From NCBI GenBank assembly GCA_964486045.1, contig CAZALK010000001.1, positions 616,242-680,241 of the forward strand: DNA of 64,000 nucleotides, given 5' to 3'. Position numbers and translations under genes: made by a program. The notes beneath the pieces are model-generated. The model was not told the DNA's origin. It did not search any database and saw only the letters and a program-made list of their open reading frames with translations. This document shows positions 9,745-21,476 of this stretch, one piece after another; the first letter of the stretch is position 1, and every line of letters begins with the position of its first letter. Origin of the DNA: an uncultured archaeon (lineage in GTDB: Archaea > Asgardarchaeota > Lokiarchaeia > Sigyniarchaeales > SOKP01).

Positions 9745-9988
9745 TAATGCAAATTTTCACTTTTCTTGTTTTGAGGTTAGGAGAATGTAAACTAAAATTA
9801 TAATTAGTAATATAATCCCAAAGGTGACCAAGATAAAATTAAATACTTCCAGTGCATCTGTAGTTTGAAAGATAAATAAGACCATTATTAGAATTAAATT
9901 ATATAATCTCATCTTAATAATGGATATTTAATGCAAAATTATAAAATTTCTTATTTTCAAGGAAAACTAAATTTGTGATTTTTTTGAG

Positions 9989-10090
9989 TGGACCTGACGG
10001 GAATTGAACCCGTGACCTCTTGAGTGCAAGTCAAGCTTAAAATTAGCATGCTAAGTGCAGAGTAATGATCTTCCACTGATCTACAGGCCC
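9989..10090 (-). tRNA. tRNA-Ala(TGC) with 30-nt intron at ~25/26, downstream of 16S
   Basis: GGGCCTG/CAGGTCC acceptor; CTTGA-CTTGCAC-TCAAG anticodon arm; insert ATTACTCTGCACTTAGCATGCTAATTTTAA with a BHB-like fold. Confidence 0.9.
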
Positions 10091-10107
10091 CAATTTAAAA
10101 ATTAAGA

Positions 10108-11733
<1,626 letters not shown>

Positions 11734-11979
11734 AGTTATAATTACCTAATTATAACTACATTTTTTATACCGCATTTATGATAAAACTCTTCATTTAACG
11801 GATATTTACCGTAATCCAAGCTTACACCGGTAAAGATGCGATTTGTTCTATATAAAGAAGGAACAATATATTATAAATTTTTTTGTTTTTCTGCTGAAAG
11901 CTTAGTTTAGATTATTAAATTTTCGTAGTTTAAAAATATCTATTAAAATAAAATAGTGTCGTTTCAAAAATAGACCTTA

Positions 11980-12990
11980 GTGTTTAATATGCAGCTCAAT
12001 GAAAAAATAGGGATCCATTTAGACCAAATAAAGCAAATAAAAGGTGTCGAGAATGCTGTTTTAACTCAAAGGGATGGAAACCCAATTCAATCAACAGGAG
12101 TCTGGTTCTCTAAAGATGAAATATTTAACGTTAGCTCAGCTACAAGCGCGATTTTTAACGTTGGGATTCATTTACATCCGAAAGACTTAAAATATATTCT
12201 AATTGAAGGGAAGAAAGCAAAAATTTTGATCGCACCATTGAATAGTCCAATACATAATTCGTTGAATAGAATTTTAGAATCTCAAGGAGTTTTAGATGAT
12301 AAGCACGAATTTTTCATAGCTATTACTGCTCAACCAAATATAAACTTAGGCGGTGTTTTTCTTCAAACTAGTGAATGTTTAAGAAAGATTAAGACGAGTT
12401 TAATAACATCTGGGGAATCTTTTAAACCTCCATTAATTCAATTTAATAGTCAAAAAGTTCAAAATATTATAGAAGGATTTAATATTAAGGAAAATGAAGA
12501 GATGGATTTTAAATTATCTCCTTTCTCATTAAGTTTATCGAAGCCAACGTCAATGAAATTGAGAAAAGTATTGAATAACATCTCTCTCACTGTTCCTGAT
12601 TTGAAATATGCTTTTGTAACGATTGAGGGAGGATTTATTGCTTCCAAGTTTTTAAAAAACTTTGATTTGAGTACAGAAAATTTAGATAAGATTTCTGCGA
12701 TGAGTTATTCCCTCTTTCAAACTGCTAACAGATGCGCTTGGTTATTAAAAAAAATGCATGCTGAAAAAATTTTACTTGACTGTCAACATTCTTTCCAATT
12801 CATTGAAGGGTTGGGGAAATCGATCTTCAGTGCAGTTATTGGGAAAATGAGGCAAAAATTAGGCCTAATTAGATTAATTCTTCCACAGTTTACAAATAAA
12901 ATCAACATTCTTATTAAAGAAGCATCTGAAATTCAAGAATTCCGTACATTCGATATTAAGAGAATGTTGGGAGAATTAATAATAAAATAG
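11980..12990 (+). CDS. Tandem roadblock/LC7 (MglB-like) protein
   Basis: GVENAVLTQRDGNPI...ILIEGKKAKILI...NLG and a second repeat YAFVTIEGGFIAS...KISAMS...KLGLIRL. Confidence 0.8.
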   Translation: MFNMQLNEKIGIHLDQIKQIKGVENAVLTQRDGNPIQSTGVWFSKDEIFNVSSATSAIFNVGIHLHPKDLKYILIEGKKAKILIAPLNSPIHNSLNRILESQGVLDDKHEFFIAITAQPNINLGGVFLQTSECLRKIKTSLITSGESFKPPLIQFNSQKVQNIIEGFNIKENEEMDFKLSPFSLSLSKPTSMKLRKVLNNISLTVPDLKYAFVTIEGGFIASKFLKNFDLSTENLDKISAMSYSLFQTANRCAWLLKKMHAEKILLDCQHSFQFIEGLGKSIFSAVIGKMRQKLGLIRLILPQFTNKINILIKEASEIQEFRTFDIKRMLGELIIK

Positions 12991-13002
12991 AAAGGTGAAA
13001 AG

Positions 13003-13899
13003 ATGAATTTTTTCAAGATCCTAGATAAATTCAAAAAGCATTACAGCTCATTAATTCTTTATTGCCTGTTAGATAGAATTCCTATAATAGTTTTAGGGGA
13101 TAATTCGGATAAAATAAATAATTTTTTGATGGAGTTATCTGAACTTGTACATTTTCGAAGGGAATATGTTTTCTATACAGATTTTATCTCCACGGATGAA
13201 TATGATGATTTAATTACAAATGAAAATTTAGATTATAATTATCAAAGAGCAAACATAAGATGTCCTTGTGGAGTTGCTACTAGAGCTTTAAATACATTTA
13301 AAAATATCGATTCATGGCTAATCGGAATCGTCATTCCGAGAGAAAATAAGGACTTGTTAAAACTAAAAGAATTAATTAATACTAAAACTAACACCATTTT
13401 ATATATTTCCTTCTCTTCGAACAATTTTTCAATGGGTATAGATCAAATAAATTTAAAATCGGTAAATTTGACCCTTGAAGAAAATATACTTAGAAAAATT
13501 TCCCTTGATACCGAAAAATCGTTAATAAAAATGAAAAGAGTACTAAATGACAAAATTACATCAAACCTACTTGACAAGGATTTAGTGGAGACATTATTAG
13601 ATTTCGAAGTGGAAAAAAATGAGTTGAAGAAAAACATATTTAGAAGGGAAATTCAAAATTTCTATTCTGGTTCAAAAAGAGCGTTTTTCATATTATCAAG
13701 ATTGAATTTACTAAATAATATTAAAATATACACAAAGATTAGTAGTAAAACTCTTTTGAAAACAATTGACTATGAAGATGCTCCAATAGAAAGGATGATA
13801 TCATTTATTGGAAAGGAATGGGGTGAAAATTTTTCTGATTTGATTGAAGATGGTAAAAAATCATTTATGGGTGATAAAATAGTATCACTTTGGGGTTAG
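13003..13899 (+). CDS. Conserved hypothetical protein, possibly DENN-core-like
   Basis: ILYCLLDRIPIIVLGDNSDKINNFLMELSELVHF and SWLIGI resemble the cDENN pattern (by eye); operonic with a roadblock protein and a GTPase. Confidence 0.45.
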   Translation: MNFFKILDKFKKHYSSLILYCLLDRIPIIVLGDNSDKINNFLMELSELVHFRREYVFYTDFISTDEYDDLITNENLDYNYQRANIRCPCGVATRALNTFKNIDSWLIGIVIPRENKDLLKLKELINTKTNTILYISFSSNNFSMGIDQINLKSVNLTLEENILRKISLDTEKSLIKMKRVLNDKITSNLLDKDLVETLLDFEVEKNELKKNIFRREIQNFYSGSKRAFFILSRLNLLNNIKIYTKISSKTLLKTIDYEDAPIERMISFIGKEWGENFSDLIEDGKKSFMGDKIVSLWG

Positions 13900-13906
13900 G
13901 TTTAAC

Positions 13907-14500
13907 ATGATATTTGATTTTGAAAATGAAACTTTACAAGTAAAAATTGTTTACTACGGTCCTGGAATGTCAGGAAAAACAACTTCAGTGAAATTTTTAT
14001 TTTCTTGTTTTAACAAAGAAAATTCATTGAAATCTATTGACAGTACTGTAGGAAGGACACTTTTCTTTGATTTTGGAGTTCTTAAATTTAAAGGAGCTAG
14101 ATGGGATTTAAAGTTCTTAGTCTATTCTGCGACAGGTCAAGATTTTTATTCTAGTACTCGACCAGCAACATTGAATGGAGTAGACGGAATAATATTTGTT
14201 GTTGATTCTCAAAAAGAATGCTTGGAACATAATATTCGATCATGGATGGAGTTAAAAACATTATTCGGTAGGGAAATTTTTAACATTCCTATCGTAATTT
14301 CATTAAATAAATATGACTTACATGAAATTAAAAAGATACTTGAAACAGACTTCATGACACACATTAACTATTCAAAGTTTAAACATTTAGCACTAAAGAA
14401 AACGTCTGCTATAAATGGGGAAGGTGTTTTGGATTCATTCAGCCAACTAATTAAGTTTATATTCCCACAACTGAAAGTTAATTTAAAAATAAATAATTAA
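13907..14500 (+). CDS. MglA-like small GTPase
   Basis: KIVYYGPGMSGKTT, RTLFFDF, ATGQ, VDGIIFVVDS and NKYD motifs. Confidence 0.88.
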   Translation: MIFDFENETLQVKIVYYGPGMSGKTTSVKFLFSCFNKENSLKSIDSTVGRTLFFDFGVLKFKGARWDLKFLVYSATGQDFYSSTRPATLNGVDGIIFVVDSQKECLEHNIRSWMELKTLFGREIFNIPIVISLNKYDLHEIKKILETDFMTHINYSKFKHLALKKTSAINGEGVLDSFSQLIKFIFPQLKVNLKINN

Positions 14501-14712
14501 TTAATCTTTTTTTTGGTATTCGTTTTCAATTTTTTGATACATGTTCTTTGACAATCTTTTAATATAACCCTGTAAAACAAATTGTTTCAATAAATTCCTT
14601 ACTTTCCTTTCTTCTGAAGCATCAATGCCCAACAAACTTATAATTTGAAAAATCGAAAATTGTTTAGGCAAACCACCCTTTATTCTATTATAAAGTCCCG
14701 TTATTCACTCAC
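14501..14712 (-). CDS. Small winged-HTH-like protein; apparent 1-nt frameshift near the start (or TTG start at 14671)
   Basis: Open frame ...LYNRIKGGLPKQFSIFQIISLLGIDASEERKVRNLLKQFVLQGYIKRLSKNMYQKI...; GTG AGT GAA at 14712 would join it if one A were added. Confidence 0.55.
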
Positions 14713-15004
14713 ACCTATTTTTATTTAGTTAATCAAAAAAATGAAGAAACATTTTTATATTTTATTCAAACGATGCAAATTTTATTTATTGGAATATAGG
14801 TTTTTATAATCCTCAAGGTAACTATAAATTATCATTCCTACTTTACGTAGATCATCCTTGTCTAGTCATTTTCATTGAATATTTACAACCTATTTTACTC
14901 CATATTCTTTGAAATCAAACTTAATCCAAATTTATTATGGGATGAGAGAATCTTTTTATGATTTTAAATCAAATAAGGATAAAAAATTATAAAGTAATTC
15001 AAAA

Positions 15005-15685
15005 TTAACGAAAATCCTTGAAATTATCTCCAATTGGAGCATTACCATCTCCATATATCTGATAAAACCCGATTCTTCTAGCACATTCAGTAAAACTACG
15101 ATAAACATCTTTTCGTTTTTCGTATAAAGCACATGTATTATAGATTATCGGATTCCATCTATAAAGTTTGTCTTCAGGTTTATACCAAAGTTTTTCATCT
15201 TTTAAAACTTGTTTAAAGTCTTCTTCTCCGATTACCTCAGTGAGATCTTGTTTGTTTAGCATAACAATGAGTGGAATTTCAGTAATTAATTTCCCTCTTG
15301 TAATATTCTTCAATTCCTTTAGGGATTCGATATTATCCTCAAAAAAGTGAGTTTGTGAATCTACAGTGAAGATAACCCCGTCTGTTCCTTTAAATATTTT
15401 TTTTCTTAGGGGAGAAAACCTTCGTTGCCCCGCAACGGTATACACATGATAAAAAACTTTTCCTTGTCTTTTTTGTTTGGTCGATTGAAAAATACCCCTA
15501 TCAAAATAAAGAGTTGATCCACTTGCCATCGAAATTTTTGTTAAATTACCAGTTGGAGTAATATCTTTTTCATTTTCTTTCGACAATCTGTATAATGTGT
15601 CGACTGATGTTGTCTTTCCTGAATTCGCCATACCCCAATAGAGGATCTTTATATATACTTTATGGTCTGCTGTATATCGAACCAT
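15005..15685 (-). CDS. MglA-like small GTPase (second copy)
   Basis: KILYWGMANSGKTT, TLYFD, TVAGQ, DGVIFTVDS and NKQDL motifs. Confidence 0.88.
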   Translation of the reverse strand: MVRYTADHKVYIKILYWGMANSGKTTSVDTLYRLSKENEKDITPTGNLTKISMASGSTLYFDRGIFQSTKQKRQGKVFYHVYTVAGQRRFSPLRKKIFKGTDGVIFTVDSQTHFFEDNIESLKELKNITRGKLITEIPLIVMLNKQDLTEVIGEEDFKQVLKDEKLWYKPEDKLYRWNPIIYNTCALYEKRKDVYRSFTECARRIGFYQIYGDGNAPIGDNFKDFR

Positions 15686-15891
15686 GCAAAATCTACCTTA
15701 TCGTATTAATTATAAAGTAAATAAATCGTTCTTTTGAATTAAAATTAGTGGAAATGAAAAATATTTCTAGTTTTTTAATAAAATAAATAATTTAATACTA
15801 TTATAATTAAGTATTTATAATTCCTTTTTGGTATTTTTACTTTTTTACAAAATAATAATTAAGTAAGAAGTATTCATTCCCTTCACAAAAC

Positions 15892-16125
15892 CTAAAATTC
15901 TACAAAAGTTTCTCCTAATCTAATCTTATAATTACACCATAAAATTAATTCATTGTATTTATCTCCAATTTTATCCTCTCTTATTATCAAATTAATTATA
16001 TCTGAATACATGATTTCTCTTCTACCTTGAAATATTGTGTCTAATTTTTTTTTAATTTCTTGTAGTAATTCAATGTTATTGATTGGGATGATCTTAATCT
16101 TCCTATAACTCTGATCTTTTTTCAT
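15892..16125 (-). CDS. Hypothetical protein
   Basis: 77-aa ORF filling an intergenic gap; no recognisable motif. Confidence 0.55.
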   Translation of the reverse strand: MKKDQSYRKIKIIPINNIELLQEIKKKLDTIFQGRREIMYSDIINLIIREDKIGDKYNELILWCNYKIRLGETFVEF

Positions 16126-16347
16126 TTAACACATCTTTAGACTAATAAGTATTCAAGATTTTACTTAATTCTCTTCTATATTTACCATTTTAAATCCCAT
16201 TTATTTTAGTTCTTATCATCCCCCCCTCTTACACTATTGTAAAAGAGTTCATTACTAAGTAAAACTATTACTTTTAACCTAATTAGAATTACATATAGCT
16301 AAAATAAAGCAGAAATGATATCATTAATTTAAATTTGAATTCTCTAA

Positions 16348-17373
16348 GTGATTGAAATTAGTGATAAAGAAAAATTAAGTGAAACTAGTGAAAAATGCCC
16401 TGAATGTAGAGGAAAAACTATTATTAATAGATTTGAAAAGGTTTGTAGTGCATGTGGATTAGTAATAAATGAGTTATTTAAAGCATCGTCATTTGTGGTT
16501 AATAATACAGACAAATCTGGAAATTCAAGTAAGCAGTATGTCGCATTGGGAGAAAGAACGGATTTTATAGGCGGTCTTGGTTCATTTATTGATTATGAAA
16601 ATTCTAGGTACTTAAAAGATAAAGCGGGAAGGTTGTTACCTCCCAATGAACAAAAATTATTTAGAAGGTTAAAAAAGAATTATGCGCAATTCTTAAGAAT
16701 TAAAAATCACGAGACTGAATATCGAATTTTCAACATTTTAAACAAGGTTTCGTTATATCTTAACCTAAATAAAAATATTCGCAATAATTCAGCATACTAT
16801 TATAAGAAAATACTTAAAAATGAACAAAAGGTTATTAACAATATATCATTAATCGCTTTTTGTGTATTTCTTGCTGTCAGGAAGGAATATCATAATGCAC
16901 CTATTACAATTAATGAAATAGCAAAAGCTTTTCAAAATTTTGGGCATCGCGTGAATCCCAGGTTGATCTTACGGGATGGGATAAGATACAAGCATCATCT
17001 AAATAATGAGTCAATTCCCCATAAAACCGAAGATTATCTTGTAAGGTTAACCAATCAAGTTATAAATCATAAGGATCTCTCAGAAAGATTAGAGAAAAAA
17101 GGATCTTTTTGGATGAAGTATGAATTCCAAAATAATTTGCTGAAAAAATGTAGGGAAATATTGATAGAATTACCATTATTGCATCGTGGTGGAAGAAATC
17201 CTTTTATTTTAACTGGGGCTATAATATATCTAGCAGATAAGGTATTAGCAAAGGAAAATAAGCTGAAAGCAGTTTTAACACAGAAAATTATATCTGAAGC
17301 TACAAATATTGCGGAATATTCCATAAGGGATCATTATGTAAATCTGTTAAAACCTCTTTTTCTCAAAAACTAA
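16348..17373 (+). CDS. Divergent transcription factor B (TFIIB) paralog
   Basis: CPEC...CSACGLV Zn ribbon; two cyclin-like repeats (GRNPFILTGAIIYLA, LTQKIISEATNIAEYSIRDHY). Confidence 0.85.
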   Translation: MIEISDKEKLSETSEKCPECRGKTIINRFEKVCSACGLVINELFKASSFVVNNTDKSGNSSKQYVALGERTDFIGGLGSFIDYENSRYLKDKAGRLLPPNEQKLFRRLKKNYAQFLRIKNHETEYRIFNILNKVSLYLNLNKNIRNNSAYYYKKILKNEQKVINNISLIAFCVFLAVRKEYHNAPITINEIAKAFQNFGHRVNPRLILRDGIRYKHHLNNESIPHKTEDYLVRLTNQVINHKDLSERLEKKGSFWMKYEFQNNLLKKCREILIELPLLHRGGRNPFILTGAIIYLADKVLAKENKLKAVLTQKIISEATNIAEYSIRDHYVNLLKPLFLKN

Positions 17374-17537
17374 ATTTATTACTGTTTTTAAATAAGATTA
17401 GGATATATAGATATCTTGAGAGATTTTTCCCTTATAATTATTTTATATTCTATAATATTAAATTCTATTAAATATTTAAAATAATTTGAATTTATTAAAA
17501 AATAGACTGATATAGTGTTTTAAAGATAAAATATCAT

Positions 17538-17650
17538 GCTTCTGTAGTGTAGACCGGTCAATTTAAGTCGTAGTTATAGATTGATACGATTAAGATCAAG
17601 CATCTGAGGCTCTCACCTTCGGGACCCGGGTTCAAATCCCGGCAGAAGCA
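17538..17650 (+). tRNA. tRNA-Glu(CTC) with 38-nt D-loop intron (~21/22)
   Basis: GCTTCTG/CAGAAGC acceptor; TGAGG-CTCTCAC-CTTCG; BHB GGTC-AAT / GATC-AAG. Confidence 0.92.
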
Positions 17651-17742
17651 TTATTTCTAATCCCTATGTTAAAAGAATAACTTAAACCAAATATACAAAT
17701 TTTATACTGATAATTCTGTTTTGAGATCGAAGTTAATATAAT

Positions 17743-18123
17743 TCATTCATGTCCCTTTTTAAATGTAGGGGGGATACTATTTAATAAACTGAGGAAATTC
17801 GAGATAACATCAATATAACTCCTTATTAATTCGATATCAGTTTCTACTTGTAATTTTTCTATTATCCACTGAACCTTTTTAGATATAACATCCTCTAATG
17901 ATGTATAAATTGCTTCTCTAAAGTTTGGCTTTATATTGAGATTATTCTCGTAATTTAAATTATTCTTTTGATAATATTGAGCTGTTTTATCATTCGATAC
18001 AACAACTTTTCTATCACAACTGGGACAAAACTTATCCCCACTTTTATTTCTAAAAATGGGATTATTACAAACAGGACAAGCTAAGTTTAACATTGTATTA
18101 CCCATTCTAAGAAGATCGGCCAT
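17743..18123 (-). CDS. UPF0148 / Sjogren autoantigen p27-family Zn-finger protein
   Basis: MADLLRMGNTMLNLACPVC...FCPSC. Confidence 0.85.
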   Translation of the reverse strand: MADLLRMGNTMLNLACPVCNNPIFRNKSGDKFCPSCDRKVVVSNDKTAQYYQKNNLNYENNLNIKPNFREAIYTSLEDVISKKVQWIIEKLQVETDIELIRSYIDVISNFLSLLNSIPPTFKKGHE

Positions 18124-18210
18124 TTTTAAAATATTTTTATTAATTTTTATCCCTTCAAATAAGTTATTAAATTAATGTAATTTAAAATGTTTTTTATAAG
18201 CTAGAAGCTT

Positions 18211-18405
18211 TCATTCTCGATTTTTTATTTTTAATAAATTCACAATATACCCAGAAATCCGGTTTCTTAGGTGTTTTGAATCAACTTCAAGATATTTGTC
18301 TAAAAGCTTCTTATTTATTTCAAAATCGGTAGTAAAGACATCAGGATATTTATTTATTAATTCTTTTGATACATTTTTAATTAATAACGTTCTTACTTTT
18401 CCCAT
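18211..18405 (-). CDS. rps17e: 30S ribosomal protein S17e
   Basis: MGKVRT...FTTDFEINK...SKHLRNRISGY. Confidence 0.95.
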   Translation of the reverse strand: MGKVRTLLIKNVSKELINKYPDVFTTDFEINKKLLDKYLEVDSKHLRNRISGYIVNLLKIKNRE

Positions 18406-18512
18406 GGTAATAATTTAATGTTTGCTTTATTATTTCATAATTAAAATATTTGTTAAGATAAATTTTTTTCGTAATTATTTTAGTTTTTATAGTTTTAAGT
18501 AAAAATGTTTAT

Positions 18513-19727
18513 GTGAAAAAAAAACTAATTTTTTTAATTCTAATTGTTTCACTTATCGAAATCCTTAGTATTTCAAATTTTGGTATTAGTTTTGAGTGTA
18601 ATTTAAGCTATATAGAAGTTGATAGAAATAATTATTACCCTGACGAAACAATCAAAATAAACGCCTCTTGGACATTAGATTATAATCCTATCAACGAGGA
18701 AGCTTATATTCAAGTCAGGATCTCAGATGACTTTGATACAGTTGTTTGGAATTCATCAAAATATGATGAAATTGGAAATTTTTCAAAAAATTGGAGTGTA
18801 AATATTAATTTCCTAAATTTAACTCTTAAAAATTATACCAATTATTTATACATAAAATTTGTAAGTGGTTACCACCAAATTGGTACAATGGATATAATAT
18901 CTAATCTTTTAGAAACAATTCAAGTTAAAATACGCAAACGTATCCCATTTTGTCAACTAATTGGATTTAAAGATCAAATAAACTACGGAGACAGTTTAAT
19001 TTTTCAAGCAAGATTTTTTGATGATTTAGTTGAAAATAATACATTCTTGAATAATCAATTAATAAGTTTTCTGATAGAGTCAAATAACTCTACAATTTTC
19101 CAGTCCAATTTCACTACTAATTATTTAGGGAGAATAGATATTTTTATATCTTCAATTGATCATTTAAATTTAGGTGTAAATAATTTGATATTTGAACTAG
19201 AAAAGAATATTGTTTATAATGATTCAAAATTTCAATATGAAGTTTTACTTGAAAAGAATCCTATACTTATTGATGTGATTAGCTTTAAAGAAGATTTGGG
19301 TAATGAAGAAGACTTGATAATGGAGTTATTCTATTACTCTTTTTTCAATAATACGGTAACCCCACTTAAAAATCAAGAAATTGAATTAGTAATTTTAGAT
19401 AACAAAAACATTGTGTACTCACAAGTTTATACTACCGATCTCTTAGGAATATTATCGGTAGCAGTCCCTTATGAATTCATACATTCTAATAAAAATATTA
19501 AGACATTAAAGTTGAATTTAATATTTAATGGTTCCCTTTATTTAGAAAATAGAACACTTTCCCTAAATCTAAACATAAATATCCAGGAAGTAGAGAATGT
19601 AATTCAATTAAATTTTGTATTATTTATCTCTATATTAGTAATAATTTCATTAATTTCATTAACGACATTATTTAAATTTAAAAACGGAGAGAAAAAATTA
19701 TTACCCGATATTACAATTAGATATTGA
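18513..19727 (+). CDS. Secreted, C-terminally anchored surface protein with beta-rich (Ig-like) repeats
   Basis: N-terminal signal peptide, repeated TxxLG and FNG motifs, many N-x-S/T sequons, C-terminal TM helix. Confidence 0.65.
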   Translation: MKKKLIFLILIVSLIEILSISNFGISFECNLSYIEVDRNNYYPDETIKINASWTLDYNPINEEAYIQVRISDDFDTVVWNSSKYDEIGNFSKNWSVNINFLNLTLKNYTNYLYIKFVSGYHQIGTMDIISNLLETIQVKIRKRIPFCQLIGFKDQINYGDSLIFQARFFDDLVENNTFLNNQLISFLIESNNSTIFQSNFTTNYLGRIDIFISSIDHLNLGVNNLIFELEKNIVYNDSKFQYEVLLEKNPILIDVISFKEDLGNEEDLIMELFYYSFFNNTVTPLKNQEIELVILDNKNIVYSQVYTTDLLGILSVAVPYEFIHSNKNIKTLKLNLIFNGSLYLENRTLSLNLNINIQEVENVIQLNFVLFISILVIISLISLTTLFKFKNGEKKLLPDITIRY

Positions 19728-19982
19728 ATGCTGTAACGCTAATCCTTGAATAAATTAATAAAATTTCTTAGGTAATAACCATATAATTGATTAAATTCAA
19801 ATGTATTTCATCCATTTCCTTATAGAAAATCTACAGATCTTTTAAACGACAAAAATTTAAACGGTTTGATTATAATACATTCCATCCGGTTTTTCTAATA
19901 AAAAAACTAATACTCTGTATTTTATTATATACGATCCTCTTTTAAATTTATAATAAACTTCTATTGTGAAATCGGTGTTATT

Positions 19983-21182
19983 ATGGAGTATTTTGAAGAA
20001 CTTTTAAGAAAACCCTCATTATTTCTCGATGAAAGTAAACTCGATATGAATTATGTTCCAGATGAACTACTACACCGAGATAAGGAATTATCCCTTTTAT
20101 CACAGCTATTCCTGACGCTTATTACAAATCCAAATTCAACTTCTAGAAAAATTTTAATAACTGGAAGAACTGGGATTGGAAAAACCGTTACTGTAAAAGT
20201 CTTTGGTGAAATGCTTAGGGAGGCATCAACTAAGAGAAATATATGTATCAAATATGTTCATGTTAATTGTCGGAAGGAAAGAACTAGTTATAAAGTCTTA
20301 ATCAAAATTATTCGATTAATGAATAAGAATTTTCCTAAAAGAGGATATTCCCCTCAGGATTTATTAGAGATTCTAATCGATTTTCTAAATCAGCAAAATA
20401 TACACATCCTAATTGTGCTAGATGAGTTAAGTTATCTAATTAACAAAGGAGAGGATTTGATTTATTTACTAACTCGAATTAATGATGATTCGACAAATGT
20501 TCAACAAAGAGTTTCAATTATTGGAATTGTAAGGGATCTTTCTTGTTTAAATAACTTAGATTATAGCACTATAAGTACGATGCAAAGAAATATAATTAAG
20601 TTCAGTAATTATTCTAAAAAACAGATTTTTGATATTCTAATGTATAGGGCTTATTTAAGTTTAAAAGAAAATGTTTTATCCAAAGACCTGATAAAAATGG
20701 TTGTAGAGTCAACTTATAGGAATGGGGATATCAGGTATGGATTAAACATCTTATGGAAAGCGACAAAAATTGCTGAAAGTAGAGATTTAAAATTTATAGA
20801 TAATGAATGTATCAGACTTGGAAGCCAAGAATTGATCCCATTTTCAACTTTAGATATTTTAAAATATATGTCTCCTCAGAAATTATTTTTTTTGCTTGCA
20901 ATTGTTAAGGGATTAAAAATCTCTAAAAAAACAGAAATTTCCTTTCTAGAAATATCAAAAAGATATCATATCATATGCGAAAATTTAGGTTTAAATCCCA
21001 GATCGAACTCGCAATTATGGAACTATCTTCAAGAATTTAAGCGTGAGAGTATAGTTCTTATTAATATTCTAAGCGAGAAAATAAAAGGAAGAAGAGCCCT
21101 AATTCAAATACCCGAAATAAATTTAGCAAAATTAGAAAAAATTATTATAAATATACTGAAATTAAAAGAAATAAATATCTAA
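19983..21182 (+). CDS. cdc6: Orc1/Cdc6 replication initiator
   Basis: YVPDELLHRDKE, GRTGIGKT, VHVNC, IVLDEL and GDIR motifs; C-terminal wHTH. Confidence 0.93.
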   Translation: MEYFEELLRKPSLFLDESKLDMNYVPDELLHRDKELSLLSQLFLTLITNPNSTSRKILITGRTGIGKTVTVKVFGEMLREASTKRNICIKYVHVNCRKERTSYKVLIKIIRLMNKNFPKRGYSPQDLLEILIDFLNQQNIHILIVLDELSYLINKGEDLIYLLTRINDDSTNVQQRVSIIGIVRDLSCLNNLDYSTISTMQRNIIKFSNYSKKQIFDILMYRAYLSLKENVLSKDLIKMVVESTYRNGDIRYGLNILWKATKIAESRDLKFIDNECIRLGSQELIPFSTLDILKYMSPQKLFFLLAIVKGLKISKKTEISFLEISKRYHIICENLGLNPRSNSQLWNYLQEFKRESIVLINILSEKIKGRRALIQIPEINLAKLEKIIINILKLKEINI

Positions 21183-21184
21183 AC

Positions 21185-21475
21185 ATGATAAATCCGGAAA
21201 ATAAGCCATTAATCGAAGATCTATTAGGATCAAGAGGGAAAATCAAAATTTTAAAAGTTCTTGCTCGGAATGAAGAATTATCTATTTCGCAGATAATTAA
21301 TAAAACTAAACTAAATCATTCAAATGTTAATAAACATCTAAATCACCTTGAAAGTCATGGTTTAATCCAAGAAAAAAAGTTTGGAAGGATTAAAATATTT
21401 AGATATAGAATAGAAAATATAAAAGCAAGGAGTTTAAAAAAGTTTATTGATATTTGGGAAGGAGATTCCTATTGA
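21185..21475 (+). CDS. ArsR-like winged-HTH regulator
   Basis: LLGSRGKIKILKVL...LSISQI...VNKHLNHLESHGLI...FGRIKI. Confidence 0.85.
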   Translation: MINPENKPLIEDLLGSRGKIKILKVLARNEELSISQIINKTKLNHSNVNKHLNHLESHGLIQEKKFGRIKIFRYRIENIKARSLKKFIDIWEGDSY

Positions 21476-21476
21476 T

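Noticed and set aside
19728-19982. Replication origin directly upstream of cdc6
   Set aside because: Only weak short repeats (TTCATCC/TTCCATCC); no convincing ORB motif.
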